A stretch of DNA of 64,000 bases from Vermamoeba vermiformis (taxonomy: Eukaryota). The position numbers were made by a program, and so were the translations under genes. The stretch is from assembly GCA_045837725.1 (NCBI GenBank), contig JBEWZL010000216.1, positions 186,001 through 250,000 on the forward strand, in the 5' to 3' direction. Under the pieces are notes generated by a model that saw only the letters and a list, made by a program, of their open reading frames with translations, did not search any database and was not told the DNA's origin. This document shows, piece by piece, positions 1 to 13,842 of this stretch. Positions within the stretch are counted from its first letter, which is position 1, and every line of letters starts with the position of its first letter.

Positions 1-2298
1 AGTCGCTTTTGTTCTTCAGCTTCTTCAGGCGTTTTAGCCGCAGGAAAATGAATGGTACTAATAATTAACAAATATTAATTCATGAAATTAACATAGAAAG
101 CGCGTCTCTATTTTTAGCGAATTTTTTCATTAATTTCTTTTGTTTTTGACGTGATGCTAAGACAGCGCTGTATATAATCATCAATCGCTTACCAATCATC
201 GAGCTGTTTTTTGGCACGCTCTCCAGATCTATAGAATAAGTTGTTAAGTCATAAAGTCAAAACACGTAGTTGGGTGAACCAGCGGATCTACAACAACGAG
301 CTCCGTGTTCCGATCGTGTTATAGCCTCGGAGTGCACTTATTATTGTTGTAGGTCCCAAGCCTTTATATATGGTAGGAAAAAATAACAGTCACCTACATG
401 GATTAACAAACTTATGCAAAACTTTGGCATAAGTTTTGCAATGCGTAAATGTGCGGTCAACACTGGTCAACCACCAGAAATTTGGCTGGTCGTTGCACGT
501 TTTGTTGCGAGTCGCGCATCGAGATGAGCAACACCAAGCAACACGTTAAGTTATATTTTTGAAAAAATTACTGTTACCAGCTTCGTGGATGAACCAATAG
601 TCACTGTCACATTATGAAGATCTTGTTGGTGACAGGCAACCGGATTTGGCTTATTTAAATTCGTGTTAGTATTCTCTCACTTCCTTAGACACCAACAACT
701 TATTTTATTTCATTTTTTATTATTTTTGATGGTGTAGAATAGTGCTGTAATGCAGACCGCCATTCGTGCGTGACACGGACAGATGAGCTAAATTTTCCCC
801 CCGTAAATCGCTACACAGCCCTCTTTTTTCATATTTCAATAACATATTGCTTGTATAATATGCCAATGAGGAATATTAATTGAAATTGTAGACTTTTTGA
901 CCATGAAGTTTTGATCGAGATCGTTTTTTTTGATTATTATTCGAAAAATTAGAAAACCACCACAATAGTCAAATTCATCATCAGTTCCAATATATTTGTA
1001 ATTTGTATGTATAGTCCATCGTATGGGAGGGTTCAATAAGTAATGCGTGCCCCTGGAGCAAAATTACGTAGTCCGCTGGATCTCGGGATCGTGGGATGCA
1101 TCTCCCGGGCTCAACATGTCTGTGTCCGGTAAATATTTAGACAATTTTCCCAGCATCAAAGCATGCTTGTGCACGTCGAGAATGCCAAGACAGTGCCTTG
1201 CATCTTGGGCAAAGCAGCAAAATTAAATTTCATTGTTGCAGATCTGAATCTCACCACGAGATGATTTTTAAACAAAACAAATTATAGTAAACACAATTAT
1301 ATATTGCATAAGACGCTAATAAATTGTCAAATACACTAAAGGTGCAGGTGCAGGCAAAAACGAATTAGGTTTGGCAAGATTGCAAAAGTTTCGCAAAATT
1401 TTTGCCAATCGTTTTGTTTTTTTGTCAATTTCTGTGGTTGCGAAACTTTTGCCAAAGTTTTGCATAAGTTTGTTGATCCACGTAGGTGACCGTTATTTTT
1501 TCCTACCTTATATATTAAGTGATGTTGAACGTAACCACTTACCCTCCCATTGCTCCGTCTTCCTTCGAACCGCGTCGCTTGTCTTTGGATCCAGTTGAAC
1601 TCTATTAAGCGCAGGATTAGAATCTCGTTATTAAGCGTGATTAACAATGCGTGTATAATAAAATTCAATCGTTAAAGAGCTGTTTCATTGCAACTGCCAG
1701 TTTGTGTAATGGGCCCAAATCTGCCACATGTTTGTTGCAAGTTGTTCCTGCTTTACGTGCATAGTATTTCGAATGCTATTATGTTATATTTTTTCTTATT
1801 ATTTGCTCATTTTATCATTACGATTGTTTGTTCGAATACACAGCGAAACAATTTAATCCGGAATAAAACACGCTGTAAAATATCAAAATTGCAAAATAAT
1901 GGCCATTTAATTAATTATTAATAGAATATATCATATTTAGGCCTTAAACATGCCCTAAAATTAAATTTGACCAGATTTACAGTGCAACGCTGTTACATAA
2001 ATTTAAATTACACCATTTACGGTGTTGTATTTAATCAAATAATTACCTTTCGTCTAGGGGGTATAGCAATTGTACCAGCAAGGCCAGGTGCAGGGCCACT
2101 GGCGCTGCTCAATCTGCGTGCCGGCATCGGATCTGCATGCGGAGACGCCAACGGCGATTCCGGAATAGAGCCCTCTTTAAATGCTTCTTGCATCTTTTCT
2201 CGGTGCCTAGTAGTCTCATTTAATGATAGCTCTCTCCTATTTGGATTCATGGCCAAGCTGCGGCGCTTTTGCCTTTTCTCCTCTGCTACATCGGTCAT
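1..2298 (-). CDS. Multi-exon gene of unknown function, 5' portion only (runs off the window start)
   Basis: ATG at 2298 (MTDVAEEKRQKRRSLAMNPNRR...) with a GT donor at ~2046. Further coding-like exons lie at ~228-192 (SGERAKKQLDD) and ~57-1 (TIHFPAAKTPEEAEEQKR). The exon phases do not join directly, so an exon may be missing or these may be two genes. Confidence 0.45.
372..1507. mobile_element. Non-autonomous DNA transposon (MITE-like, 1136 bp) with 70-bp TIRs and an 8-bp TSD
   Basis: 372-441 (GGTAGGAAAAAATAACAGTCACCTAC...) is the reverse complement of 1438-1507 with 5 mismatches. The direct repeat TTATATAT flanks it at 364-371 and 1508-1515. No credible internal ORF. Confidence 0.85.
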
Positions 2299-3000
2299 GA
2301 AATTCTATTGCTTTTTGTTATAATATACGCTCTGTTAATTATATACTGTTGCTGGTCTAATTTGTGTCTATTGAATCGTATGAATTGCGGTGCAATAAAA
2401 GTTGTTTTCACGAAGCAGGCGAAATTTCGAACCGAGATTTTACGAGATTAATTAGCAGACAGCAAGGCAACTTCCTTAGTTCGCGATGAATATGGAGGAT
2501 ATAAATATTTTCGTGTGCCTAATGAACTTCGAAATATTTCGAAATAAAATTTATTCTTGCTTTGTGATGGTTAGAACTAATCACATCATAACATGAAGTG
2601 CACGACATGAATATATTCGTTAAAATTAAGGGCTTAATAAAGCGAGATAAAATTCTGAGTTCGATCGAGTTTCAGATTTTGACCTCGACGCGGGAGATAA
2701 AGATTTTGTAGAACAACATAATCAACCTGTAACGCGCCTATTACAGGTGTAGTGTATTGGTAACATGATTCTGTTGTCAATCACGTCATTTCGAGGTGAA
2801 ACAAAATCATAGTAAATTTTTTGCCCTTTTTCGTTGCCCTCGCGAGAACTGAGCACAACAGATCTCCTTATTATTTATTTTATTTATTTATTTACCTTCG
2901 TTGACCCAGCAATTAGTCCACAATTGGATATTCTGAAAACGAGGAGCCACATTCAGCTCATCTCTTGCAACCAGAATAATTCTCACCAGAATAATATAAA

Positions 3001-6000
3001 ATGTCAAACAAAGGCACGCTACGAAAGAATAATAGTAGTACATCAAATGGAGTCGCTAGTGACGAAGTATCGTACACAGATGAATCTGAGCGAACTAACC
3101 GGTGGAACGGTCATTATTTCGTTAAGAAGACACTAAAGCAAGGCGCAAATTGCTTCGTATGCGGAAAGGCAATACCCCTACTCACTCCAGTATACAAATG
3201 CTTGAGTAAGTAGCTACAACCAAATTAAATCCTAAAAATCGTCGAATCTAGAAAAATACCTTAGACTTACGCCGCAATTGCTTATAATATTATTGTAGTA
3301 TGCCGAGGATTTATTCATAAGAAAGAATTGCAAGAAGCTGAAGATAGTTCAGACTGTGCCTCACGGTTGAAAGATGGAGTTCTGGAGGTAACAATTTCCG
3401 CCTCCAAATGTTCCTTAATTTTCATTTTGATTATATTATAATTTGCATGCTTTATTCATGCAAAATTAAGCTTATTTTAAATCTCTCGCACGTGTTAAAA
3501 CTGACATCTAACAATTTTATTCTGCATTCAGAAAATTGGTTTGCCAAAGAAGCAAGGTAAGCATTTCTGGCTATAATAATGAAGACCTACTATTTTTCTC
3601 GAAGCAAATATGTACAATAATGTTATTCGTACTGATCGACTCCGAGGATTTAATCTGATCGATCTTGGCGCCTTATTTTTCTTTCAATATTTTGAGAATA
3701 TATTAACTTATACGAACACTAGTCGCTTTACAACTCGCCCTACAAAGCATTAAAGAAGGCACATCTATAAATCCGAACAAACTCAAAACAGTTTTATTAT
3801 TGGTATTGTCTGATATTCAAGCCTTAACGACCGATGAATTGTATGGTAAGCCATCGTCTATTTTAAGCTAATTAAAGCTTAATATACCGCTGATTTGATA
3901 TTTAAATTTTCTTTAAACTTTAAAAATTTGTCGACCTTATATGGTGCGTAATTACCTTATTTAGAAATTTCGAAGCATCACTATGAATATGATTTATTAG
4001 TAGCCCCTGCCATCCACTAACGTCCTTTATAATATAGCGGCGTTTGAGGGCAAGACAATCGAAGGACCAAACCCGAAATCACCTAGTTCAAACACCTTAT
4101 CAAAACGACTAAGCGTAAAAAGTAAGTGGGGACTCATTCGATTATTGACACGTGCCGTTTATATAGACATAATTAGTATGCCCTATAATATAACTGTAAC
4201 GATTTTAATCGAGATCCAAATATTTTGTGATTTGTGCGAGTTAAAATTACGGACGTTTGTATATCACTAACAATAGTCTAACCGCGTTTTATATTTGCAG
4301 ATATTTCAGCGACAATTGAGTCTGAGCCTGTGTACGATCAGTTGATGGCCCTGGTTAAAAATGGAGCCAATGACAGTGCTCGCATTCTCGGCTTGCGATT
4401 ATTAGGAATACTGTTAGAAACTGAGCCCAATCGTCGCGCGTTCACGCATTTCTTCGAAAAACCGAAAGATTTGTTGAAACAGCTCAACGAGAAAGACAAA
4501 GAAATTCACAACAGGTTCACTTTTTACCGGTACCTGCTCGCTGCTATTAATAGCCTCGTGACCTCTGATGCTGCCAAAGAACAAGTACGTCGCCTACTAT
4601 ATACTACTAATATCCTATATATATCTGCTTATTAGCAAATCTTTGAAAATCATCGAGATACGATTGTTGACGATTCGTAAAAATTTTTTTCCCGTGCCAT
4701 TTGAACGTATAATTAATTATTTTTATTATTTAGCTCGCTATTATTGGAGGATTAGAACATATTATTGAGTTCTTGAAGGCTTTGTTTAGTATTAAAGTTG
4801 AAAAGAAAGATAAGGAGCGATTAAAAGAATCAAACGCAGCTCAACTAGAAGGCGCCAAAATTTTGTCAAAATATTATCAAGCGGGAGGTACGTACTCACG
4901 TGCTAAGTATATTTTTTGTTCATTCCAAATACGGAAATTGTAATTTGATTTTAAATCACACCAATTGTTACCGTTACAAAAAGATTCTCGAAGACTAATA
5001 ATCGGTTTTAAACAGCGAGTTACAGAGTCGTTATCGACAAACACGATGCTCTATCATTCATAATTATTTGGTGCAGTCACGGTGAAATTCAGATCCACAA
5101 TGAGATTGATCCGTCTGAAGTTTCATTTGATGAACGAATTTACGATTCGCCGCTCTGTCAAGTTTGGGTTGGTAAGTATTGGTGGCTACTTTAAGCATAA
5201 ACAATCAAATGTTACCAAATCGAAGTTACATCCGAGATTTGGTCCGTTTACGGATCTCATGTTTTTCTCTTGATCGACCAATAGAGTATTGAAAGAGTAC
5301 TATTTACGCGTTATTGATGTATTTGAATTATAGGAAAATGGCAAGGACAAGTTGTAGCCTTAAAACAGTTTGACGCAGAGACCATTACTTGGGAAGATTT
5401 TTGGAAAGAAGTTGCGCTGTTGACGGTGACGCAACACCCGCTCACAGTCAGGTTCTACGGCGCGTGCAGCAAGGGACCCAAGCCCTTCATGTGCATCGAT
5501 TACTTTAAGCGTGGCAGTTTGGAAAAGACGCTGGCACGCGATGTGAATCATAGTTATCCCATCGACGACAGCTTGATTGTTAATATGGCCATGAATGCTG
5601 CTAATGGTCTGCACTTCTTACACTCCAAGCATATTATTCACAGGTACGAGACTCTTAAATCTAAACTTAAAAACTGCATCCAGATTCGGCTCGATCCGGG
5701 TTATTACACAAAGCAGTTCTAACTTATTATTACTATTTAACAAAATCGAGATTAATTTTAACTTTGATATCTCATACAAATTCCATTGGAGCAAAATTAC
5801 CACGAAATTTTTCGAAAGCGACCCGATCTGACAAGTTTTTTAAAAGAGACGTTAAGACCCAGAACTTTTTGGTCGACGATCAATTCCACGTTAAGGTCAT
5901 TGACTTCGGTGTGAGTCGTATTATCGACAGCTCGAAGCAAATGACGCTGATTGGTACACCTGTCTGGATGGCACCCGAAGTCATTTCACGAAGCAAATAC

Positions 6001-6768
6001 ACCGAGAAAGCTGATGTTTATAGTTACGGCCTCGTATTGTGGGCTATGGTAAGTACCATAATACTGATATAACGAGAAATTTGTCGTTTTGGCATCGTTG
6101 AAAAATTCTTCGAAAGTTGTCGCATTGAGGTAGATCTAACCAACTTTTTTTCAGTGCACGGGCAAATCACCTTTCTCAGACATCAATCCTTTCGCACTAG
6201 CCAACGCCTTGGTCAAGGATAATATTCGACCGGAAGTGCCTGCCGATTTGAATCCTATCTTGTCCAAATTGATTACACGGTCATGGAGCGTGGATCCGAA
6301 CGAGCGACCATCGTTCATTGAAATCTTGGATATTTTATGGAACATCAAGGTATGTTTCATTTACACGAAATATTATGGACTCATTAGTATTGTCATCATT
6401 TGGTCCGGTTCTTTTGATCTGGTTGGATCACGCACTTTGGCGATCTGACAGTTCGCCTAGTGATTACAGAATTCGATACTAATAATATAATATTACTATA
6501 GGACCCTATTTCTGGACATTACTTTGTGAGAGTTCATGAAGTAGTTCCTGATAGCTTGTGGAACGAGAAGATCTTCGCTCTGTGCGACGTGAACGCTTTG
6601 TGGAATATGTCGCAAACGTCAAAGCGATTCAAAGGCTTGTTAGTGCAAAAGTTAACGAAAATGAACCCGAGAAAGAAAGCCCAAAGCGTAGCTGTGTTGA
6701 ACACATCCAACGAGATCGAGAAAGAAAAACTATCGAGATCTGTTCCCGCGAAGAAAGAAAAGCTATAA
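3001..6768 (+). CDS. Multi-exon TKL-group Ser/Thr kinase: N-terminal C1-like zinc finger, helical/ARM-like middle, C-terminal F-box-like motif
   Basis: C1-like HYFVKKTLKQGANCFVCGKAIPLLTPVYKC..CRGFIHKK; kinase motifs VALK, HRDVKTQN, DFG, GTPVWMAPE, DVYSYG; tail VPDSLWNEKIFALCDVNALWNMSQTSKRF. GT-AG introns join the ORF fragments. Confidence 0.85.
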
Positions 6769-7879
6769 GCGAATATGGAATATTGATTGAATACGAATAA
6801 TACCCGTCATATAAATAATAGTCACATAACTCGGACAATACAAGCAAATGAAAAATAATCATTTTGTTTGGAAAAATCCGCACTGTATAATTACCATTTA
6901 TTATTTCAATTAAAATATTTATTAAACGAAAGTGCTGCTGCTAGTAAAAAACACTTTTGAATGGGCCTATTTTCTGCAGTTGGGTTGGCGGAATTTCCTG
7001 CGGGCGCCAAAAACGCATTGAGATCAAAAACTGGTACGAGTACCACTACTAGTTTTCAGTGACGAAGATATATACATGTATTATTGGACTACTTCACTTG
7101 TTTAGGTAAGCAGAACAGCCGGCTGGATGTATTGTTAACCGCTTCGCTTTGCTGTACGCATTTTTTGGTGGCTTTGAAGGCTGGGTTTTGTTTATAAAAT
7201 TATATACTATGGTTCTATGGAAGCCACGCTGCCAACTATGCGCTACGGCGATTTATTATTAATTTTCGACTCCTTTGTAATTTTATATTTTTAATTAATT
7301 ATCGTGGCTATTTGGCTTCATTCATACCAACGCTAATTTGATAATTATCAAATTTAACAAGTAGATATTTATTTGCTCAAGGACTAGATTTAATTCATGC
7401 TGATCTCAGTTTCGCCCGAACTTCCGGACCGCCTGCCTCGCCGATACAGCGCTAGTGCCAGTTCAGCAAGCAGCGTAGTGGCCTTACTTCCGCCGTACTG
7501 CGACAATTGGGCACGTGACTTGACAATCGTTACTTCCTATCCGCTGCCTCAGGAGAGAAGTGGCAATCCTTGTGCTAGAACAAGATGCCACTCGTGCCAT
7601 GAAGTCAAGAACACAGTTCGGTAAGCAAGCTAACTTCGCTCGTTTGAATCAACTAATTTCTCGCCGCAGTGTTCATCTCCATTGTTTGTTCCAGATGGAC
7701 AATTATCTCTCTGCAACTTGGTCGTAGTCACTACTAATCTCGAGGTATTACGCTTGCGGATCGTTCCTTGGTAGAGAGCGGTGTTTTTCCGCTTGTGCAA
7801 TGCTTTCAGTGATGGGTGACGGCGTCATCCTTCCTGATTCGCTTGATCATAACCACAAGAAGTAAATAGCAGCCCTCAG

Positions 7880-10800
7880 ATGAAGAGATCATCGTCTGTA
7901 GAGTTGGAGCACGAAGCAAAGCGGCGAAGAATAGATGCAACGGAGGATCTGTCAACAAAGAGTTTGGTAGGCACAATAAATTCTACAAACGTGCAATTAA
8001 TGTCTTATTAATCGATTACTCGTCATAGGAAGGAGAGGCGCAAGTTATGGACACAGCTGGTATTTTTAAAAATTCCTCTAAATTAATTTTGGTTTAATTC
8101 CGGCAAAACAGATCCCGTTTCGACCATTCGGCCTGACGTAAATGCCGGTGATGCTATGGAAATAACCAATGGTAATAATAATAATTATTTAACACGCAAT
8201 TAATTGAAAAGTGCAGCTGGTACCACGATCCAGGACTTGCCGCCCGAAATTCTAGGAAATCACATCTTCAAGTTCTTCGACTTCACGTACTGGCTTAAAT
8301 CTTTCGTCACTGTAAGCAAGTACTGGCAGCTTGCCGCCGTGCAGTCAACCGTCGACAAACAGTTACGCATCCGAAAGATGGTTGGCACCGCTTGGTGCAC
8401 TATTTCGCGCTACAGAGTGTCCACTTTGATCTTCAAACGCCACGCGTATCTTTTCGAAGTGGCGACACTTATCAACGCTTCTCCCAGGATTCGCTCTGTC
8501 AAGTTCAACTGTGCACCTGTAGCTTATGACTTCTTGCCTGCCACCAAGTTCAGCTTTAACAACGTTTCAAGTCATCTTTAGTGCGGAGTTTTAATGCTAC
8601 GTTTCAACTCTGTTTCTCCCTGCCAGCGAGTTGCGATTGCTTCGTTTCTTTCCTAATGTGACACAAGTTTGCTTCTCAGGGTCTTATCAGAATAATCCCA
8701 ACGTCTCAGCAAGTTCAGTGCAAGAACTTGCACTTCCAGAAACATCACCAACAAAAATTAAAAAGTTACTGGAGGATATTAAGATAACATTCCCTGCAGT
8801 ACATACTATTTACTTCATGATCAATGACAGATTGATAAACGAAGCAGAACGAAAAACTGAAGAAGAGATCAAAGAGGAGTTAGAAGCCATATCAACTGAT
8901 CTGGGCATTTCTCTTGTTTATGGCTGTACTTTGGTTGGCAAAGAAACAATTGGTGGATTGCCAAATATATCCTATGAAGACTACTTCAATTGTATTGGAA
9001 GGACAGCATTCTGCAATTCACTTGATTCCCTGGAAAGGCTCCATGAAGTTTTAAAGAAGTTTCCAACATTGACTGTTGAATATGAGCAAGATTTTATCAC
9101 CAGGGAGAGACAATTTGTATTTCCACGTATCAAATCAAAAAGTGGAAGACTTGCTGATCTTTCACATGTTGATTGGGAACGTTGCAACAAGGAAATACTA
9201 AAGACCTGTTATGAGAAAAATATGCTACCTCCAAGAGGATTAATTTGGTATCATATGGAACAAAAGAATTACAAAGCAATTCTGACCCTCAAATCATTTT
9301 TGGGAGTAGATCACACACAAATGTTGCTAGCACAGGCACCTTCTCTGGTCCAATTAAGCAATGATCTGGGAGCAGAGACATTCAAACAAATTATCACAGA
9401 AGACTCATTGAGAACGAGAATTGATAATGATGACTTCAGCTATGAGGATTTGACTCCAATCAAAGATCAACTTTCTGATGAAATTGTCAAATACATGTAC
9501 AAGTGGCTTTTAAGAGAACTCAGAAGCGATATAGATAATTCCAAATGGCAGTACTTGGTTCAATTTGACAGCTGGTTACACCCAGCCACTTCAAGACAAA
9601 TTGATAATCAGCCTTGCATTGGAGTTCAATATCTCTCAGATGAAGCACAAGCAAAGCACTTCAAAGCGTTGCTGAAGTATAGAACTTTTGAAGAAGTAGT
9701 TGCAGAGTTTCAGAACATATCTAAGCCATTTGATCAACTTTTTCACAAGGGCAATTCACTCCTCCTGAAATACACAAGAAACCTGACTCAGGTGGTGCAA
9801 AAGTTTAATGTGGATGTTAATCAACCAGATATGAATGGAATCACACCTTTAATTCATGCAATTGGAAAAGGTGACGAACGACAGGTGCTAGAATTGCTTC
9901 AGCTTGGTGCAGACCCCAACTTTGCAGGCAACTCTCTTTTGCCACTGAACTACTGTTTGCTTAACAATGCTAGTTATTCAATTGAAATTATTAATGCACT
10001 AGTGGCATATGGAGCAGATATTAATAGAAGAGACTATGACAGTAAAGGAAGAACAGCTTGGCCAATCACATCTGCTCTGGCACGCAGTTTTGAAACAATG
10101 AGGTTCTTACTGCATCTGGGAGCAGATCCAACTGTCATTGATGAAGCTGGCAACACTTTGCTACATTTACTATTTCATGACAAACTCAATATTAGTCCTG
10201 ATAACTTCATGGATTTATTGCAGCTTTTGGCAACACAGATCAATATCAACCAAAAAAATCAGCTAGGAGAAGCAGTGTTGCACCGAGCCATTTCCAGAAA
10301 TGTCATCAAACCAATTCATGAAGCTGTTATCAATTGTGGAGCAGATGTTAACCTGCCTGATGCTCATGGTAGAACGCCATTGCAATTGGCATGTGAAACT
10401 GATGCAGCAGCTGGTGCATTTAAAGCTCTCCTTGCAACAAACAAAGTGGATATCAAGGCAAGATCAAAAGATGGAGAGTCATTTGTTTGTGGAGTGTTCA
10501 AATATATGCAGAAATCATTAGCTTATCTCATGAAAGATGAAGAATTAATGGCAATTTGTCAACCATATTTGACAGAAGACAATCTACAGTTCATTAAGGA
10601 TGAGTGCAAGAGATTACAAAAATATTACCACAGACACAACTTAATCGCTAGCAACATTGTCCTTGCAAAGTTTTTTGTGGAGCTTGGCTACAAAGTTGGA
10701 AATCACAGTTTTGATCTGCTACACTCACTTGCAATAACTAATCCTGAGAAGTCTGAAATATTTGATTATCTTCTGGCTAATGGACTTGACATAAATGGTA

Positions 10801-11069
10801 AAAATAGCAGACAAGAGACAGCATTGCTGGCAGAGATGAGGAAAATCCCAGTGGCAAAGAAAGAAGCAAGGAAGATTCAATTTTTACTCAAGCATGGAGC
10901 TTCAGTTACAGAGAAGGACAGTCAAGGCATAGCTCCCATTGATATTGACCCATTGATTGAAACTAGATATGCAAATGGCCTTCACATAGATTACTTTTAT
11001 GCAAGCAAGGGTAAGAAATTACCTGACCTGAACTTTGTTGAGCTCAGACAAAAGAAAAACGACTTTTAG
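7880..11069 (+). CDS. F-box and ankyrin-repeat protein
   Basis: Spliced model starts MKRSSSVELEHEAKRRRI. F-box IQDLPPEILGNHIFKFFD...VSKYW. A 2.4-kb terminal exon carries ankyrin repeats (GITPLIHAI, GNTLLHL, GEAVLHRAI, GRTPLQLAC). Confidence 0.85.
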
Positions 11070-11288
11070 CCGCCAAGAGCCATTACTGTCACTTGCCATT
11101 TTCATACATAACAATAAACACAATTACAATTTATTGGACTCCAAAGGAAAGATTTGCAAGTGCTCCATCAAGAGGAAAAGGGCTGATAATCACTCCACTT
11201 GTACGTTCTTGCCTGCAGGAGGTGTTTGATTTGACGTAATTTTTCAAATAGTAAGTTTATTTATCATTCGTTGAACAAAAGAATCAGT

Positions 11289-13842
11289 TTAGTGCAACCA
11301 AGTACCAATGATCTTGGAGGTGAGTTGACGAGCGGCACGAAGATCAGCAGGGTCGCTAGCATCATCGGGCAAAACGTTGGCACAGTGAGCAGTATCTATA
11401 ATACGAATAGTGTTATTAATTTGATGCAATTCAATATATTTTTAGCTTCAACAAGCAATAAATCAGATAACGAATCGAACTTCGAAAATGTTTTTGATCG
11501 CGTGATCCGTCAGACTAGAGCCGACTTTGAACGCCATACTATTATATGGCAATATTATAGATGCTATATAATAGGCACTTACCAGCGATCAAGATATGCA
11601 ACAAGGTCGGGCTGATGTCCCAAGTGATGCCCAATGAGTGCCAAGGATCGATCTCACCATTGACGAACAAAATGTTAGTGGGACCGTTAGCAGGGATATC
11701 ATGGCCTCCGTAGTAAGTGTTGGTATCGTCCATGCGGCTAGGAATGAATTCAAGACCGAAGACGTCGCGGCACAGACCGGCAAAATAGGACAAAGGAACC
11801 AAATTGCCGAAAGGTTGGTTGGCACCATCTACCGAAAATGGAAATATTAATAACTGTAACCTATTAAAATAAATTGAATCTATAAGGAGAGAGAGAATAA
11901 TTGGTACAAAAGCAAAAAAATTTCGGAGATTTGGCAAGATTCGGATGCGTACCGGTAGTTTGGAAGTAACCGAACTCGAAGCAAGTTTGATAGATCCATT
12001 GTCTCATACCAAAGCCGCCTTCTTCATCGACAACAGTAGAGTTTAACGCCATGATGATATCTTCGTATGCGACGTCGTTACAATTTGTACCATGAGCCTG
12101 CATCATAATGTTGTTGACTTGAACGTAGCCGTCCAGGGCGTTATCAGCAGAGGTCATAATGTTGCACAAGTAGTTGATATCGATGGGATTATTGCCTTCG
12201 TCGTTCTAAAGAAGCAAGATCCAGGTCAGTACGCGAACATCGGATCTCCGAGCAAAAACGGCAAAACATCAATTAAATTTACCGAATGATATGATACTAT
12301 TATTATATTACTTACGAATTGGACGGTGGTCATCCAGTTAATCATCAGAGTGCTCATCAAAGTGCTAACGTCGTTAGGACTATAGAGAGGAGTGCAAGTC
12401 TTGAACATTTCTACAAACGAATACGATTAATATTTGTGTAATATTTGTACGTAACTAAGGCTAATTAATGACAATATGAAGAAAATATACGGATGCGTTA
12501 AGCAAGAATTTTAGAGCATACTTTCACTTTCTCAATCCACCTTAAAAAATCCTCCCTCATACATCGATACTTACTCTCAACTTGTCTCGTGCCCGAAGCG
12601 GTCTGCAACATGCACTCAATTTGGTTGGTGGCTTGTTGGATCAACTGATCGCACTTGGGACCAGTGAAGTTGGCTAAAGAACGGTCGACGACTTCCAAGT
12701 ATTGGAACATATCCTATTCAGCGATGTGATTAGTAAGAACTAGATTGAATAAATCAAGTTTGCTCAAACGCTTGTGAAGGATCTCGTTCCGAAACGGAAT
12801 TTACGAAATTAAGACTGTATGTTACTATGCACGTATTTGCATATATACGTTGTTTAATCGGTATTATAGGTATCTTATGGGTGTCTTAAAATCGATACTT
12901 ACAGCAGTAGCTTGAACAGGAGCGCTTGAAGCAACAGAGCCGGCAGTGATGGTCGGGTACTTCAATCTGAACCATGCTGCAAGGTTACCTGGCATCTATT
13001 GTTAATATACACGTCGTATATATGATCGATGAAGTAAATTGATCTTTAAATGATGATGTGTAGCCTCGTGTAACGGTCGAGAAGATCAGGAGCGGATTTG
13101 CTTACCAGGATAAGAGCAGCCAAAAGTGATCACTTGAGAGTTAGAAGCATTGTATTGGTTTTGGATCCAACGGATAAAGGTAGCAGCATCGGCCAAAGCT
13201 TGTTGAGAGGTCAAATAGTTCAAGTTGGGAGTTGAAAGATCTCCAGGGAAGGGCTGGCTCTTGCCGTAAAATCTGTGCTCTAAAAGTAGCATCACATGAG
13301 TATAAATTCATTTGAACGTTCGTATCTCAAAATATTCTTGTTTGAAACTTCGACTGAAATTGCAAAGCGGATCGCCTTACATTGGCTGGTTGATCGCTTA
13401 CCCAAAGCAACGAGCAAAGCACCATAAGTACGACCGTAGTTGTTCATTTGAAGCAACTCAATATCAGCATCGGAGATAGCACCTTCACCGCCGACTTGGA
13501 AGAAGATCGGGCCTGGATTTACAAATAACGGTTAGAAAAATAATCAATAAATTTAAATAAATTAAATCTAACGAAAATAATATTACAAATAAACTTACCT
13601 TGACCGTTCCAATAAGAAGTATCGATAAAATAACGTTGTTTCCAAGTTCTGGTATCTTGCAACAAGAAGTGATCCAACTTTTGTTCGAAGTATTGTTCTG
13701 GAACACGCTTGTAGTTGTGCTTGGCAAACAAGGCTTGGCGTCTCTTGTGCTTAGCCTTCATTTGATTAACGGTGGTGTAGAAACCGAAAGCGGCATCCAC
13801 GAACAGAATGGCCAACAAAATAGCAGCAATCGAGGCACGCAT
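11289..13842 (-). CDS. Secreted serine carboxypeptidase, family S28 (PRCP/thymus-specific serine protease-like)
   Basis: Signal peptide MRASIAAILLAILFVDAAFG; motifs FEQKLDHF, EHRFYGKS, QALADAA, nucleophile GCSYPG, WIYQTCFEFGYFQT, NGEIDPW, AHCAN; stop TAA at 11289-11291. Confidence 0.92.

Noticed and set aside
836-1921. Short ORFs in and next to the MITE
   Set aside because: They have no recognisable motifs and overlap TIR or AT-rich non-coding sequence.
7397-7727. Small Cys/His-containing two-exon ORF
   Set aside because: Splice-like sites exist, but there is no recognisable domain; it may be upstream/UTR sequence of the F-box-ankyrin gene.
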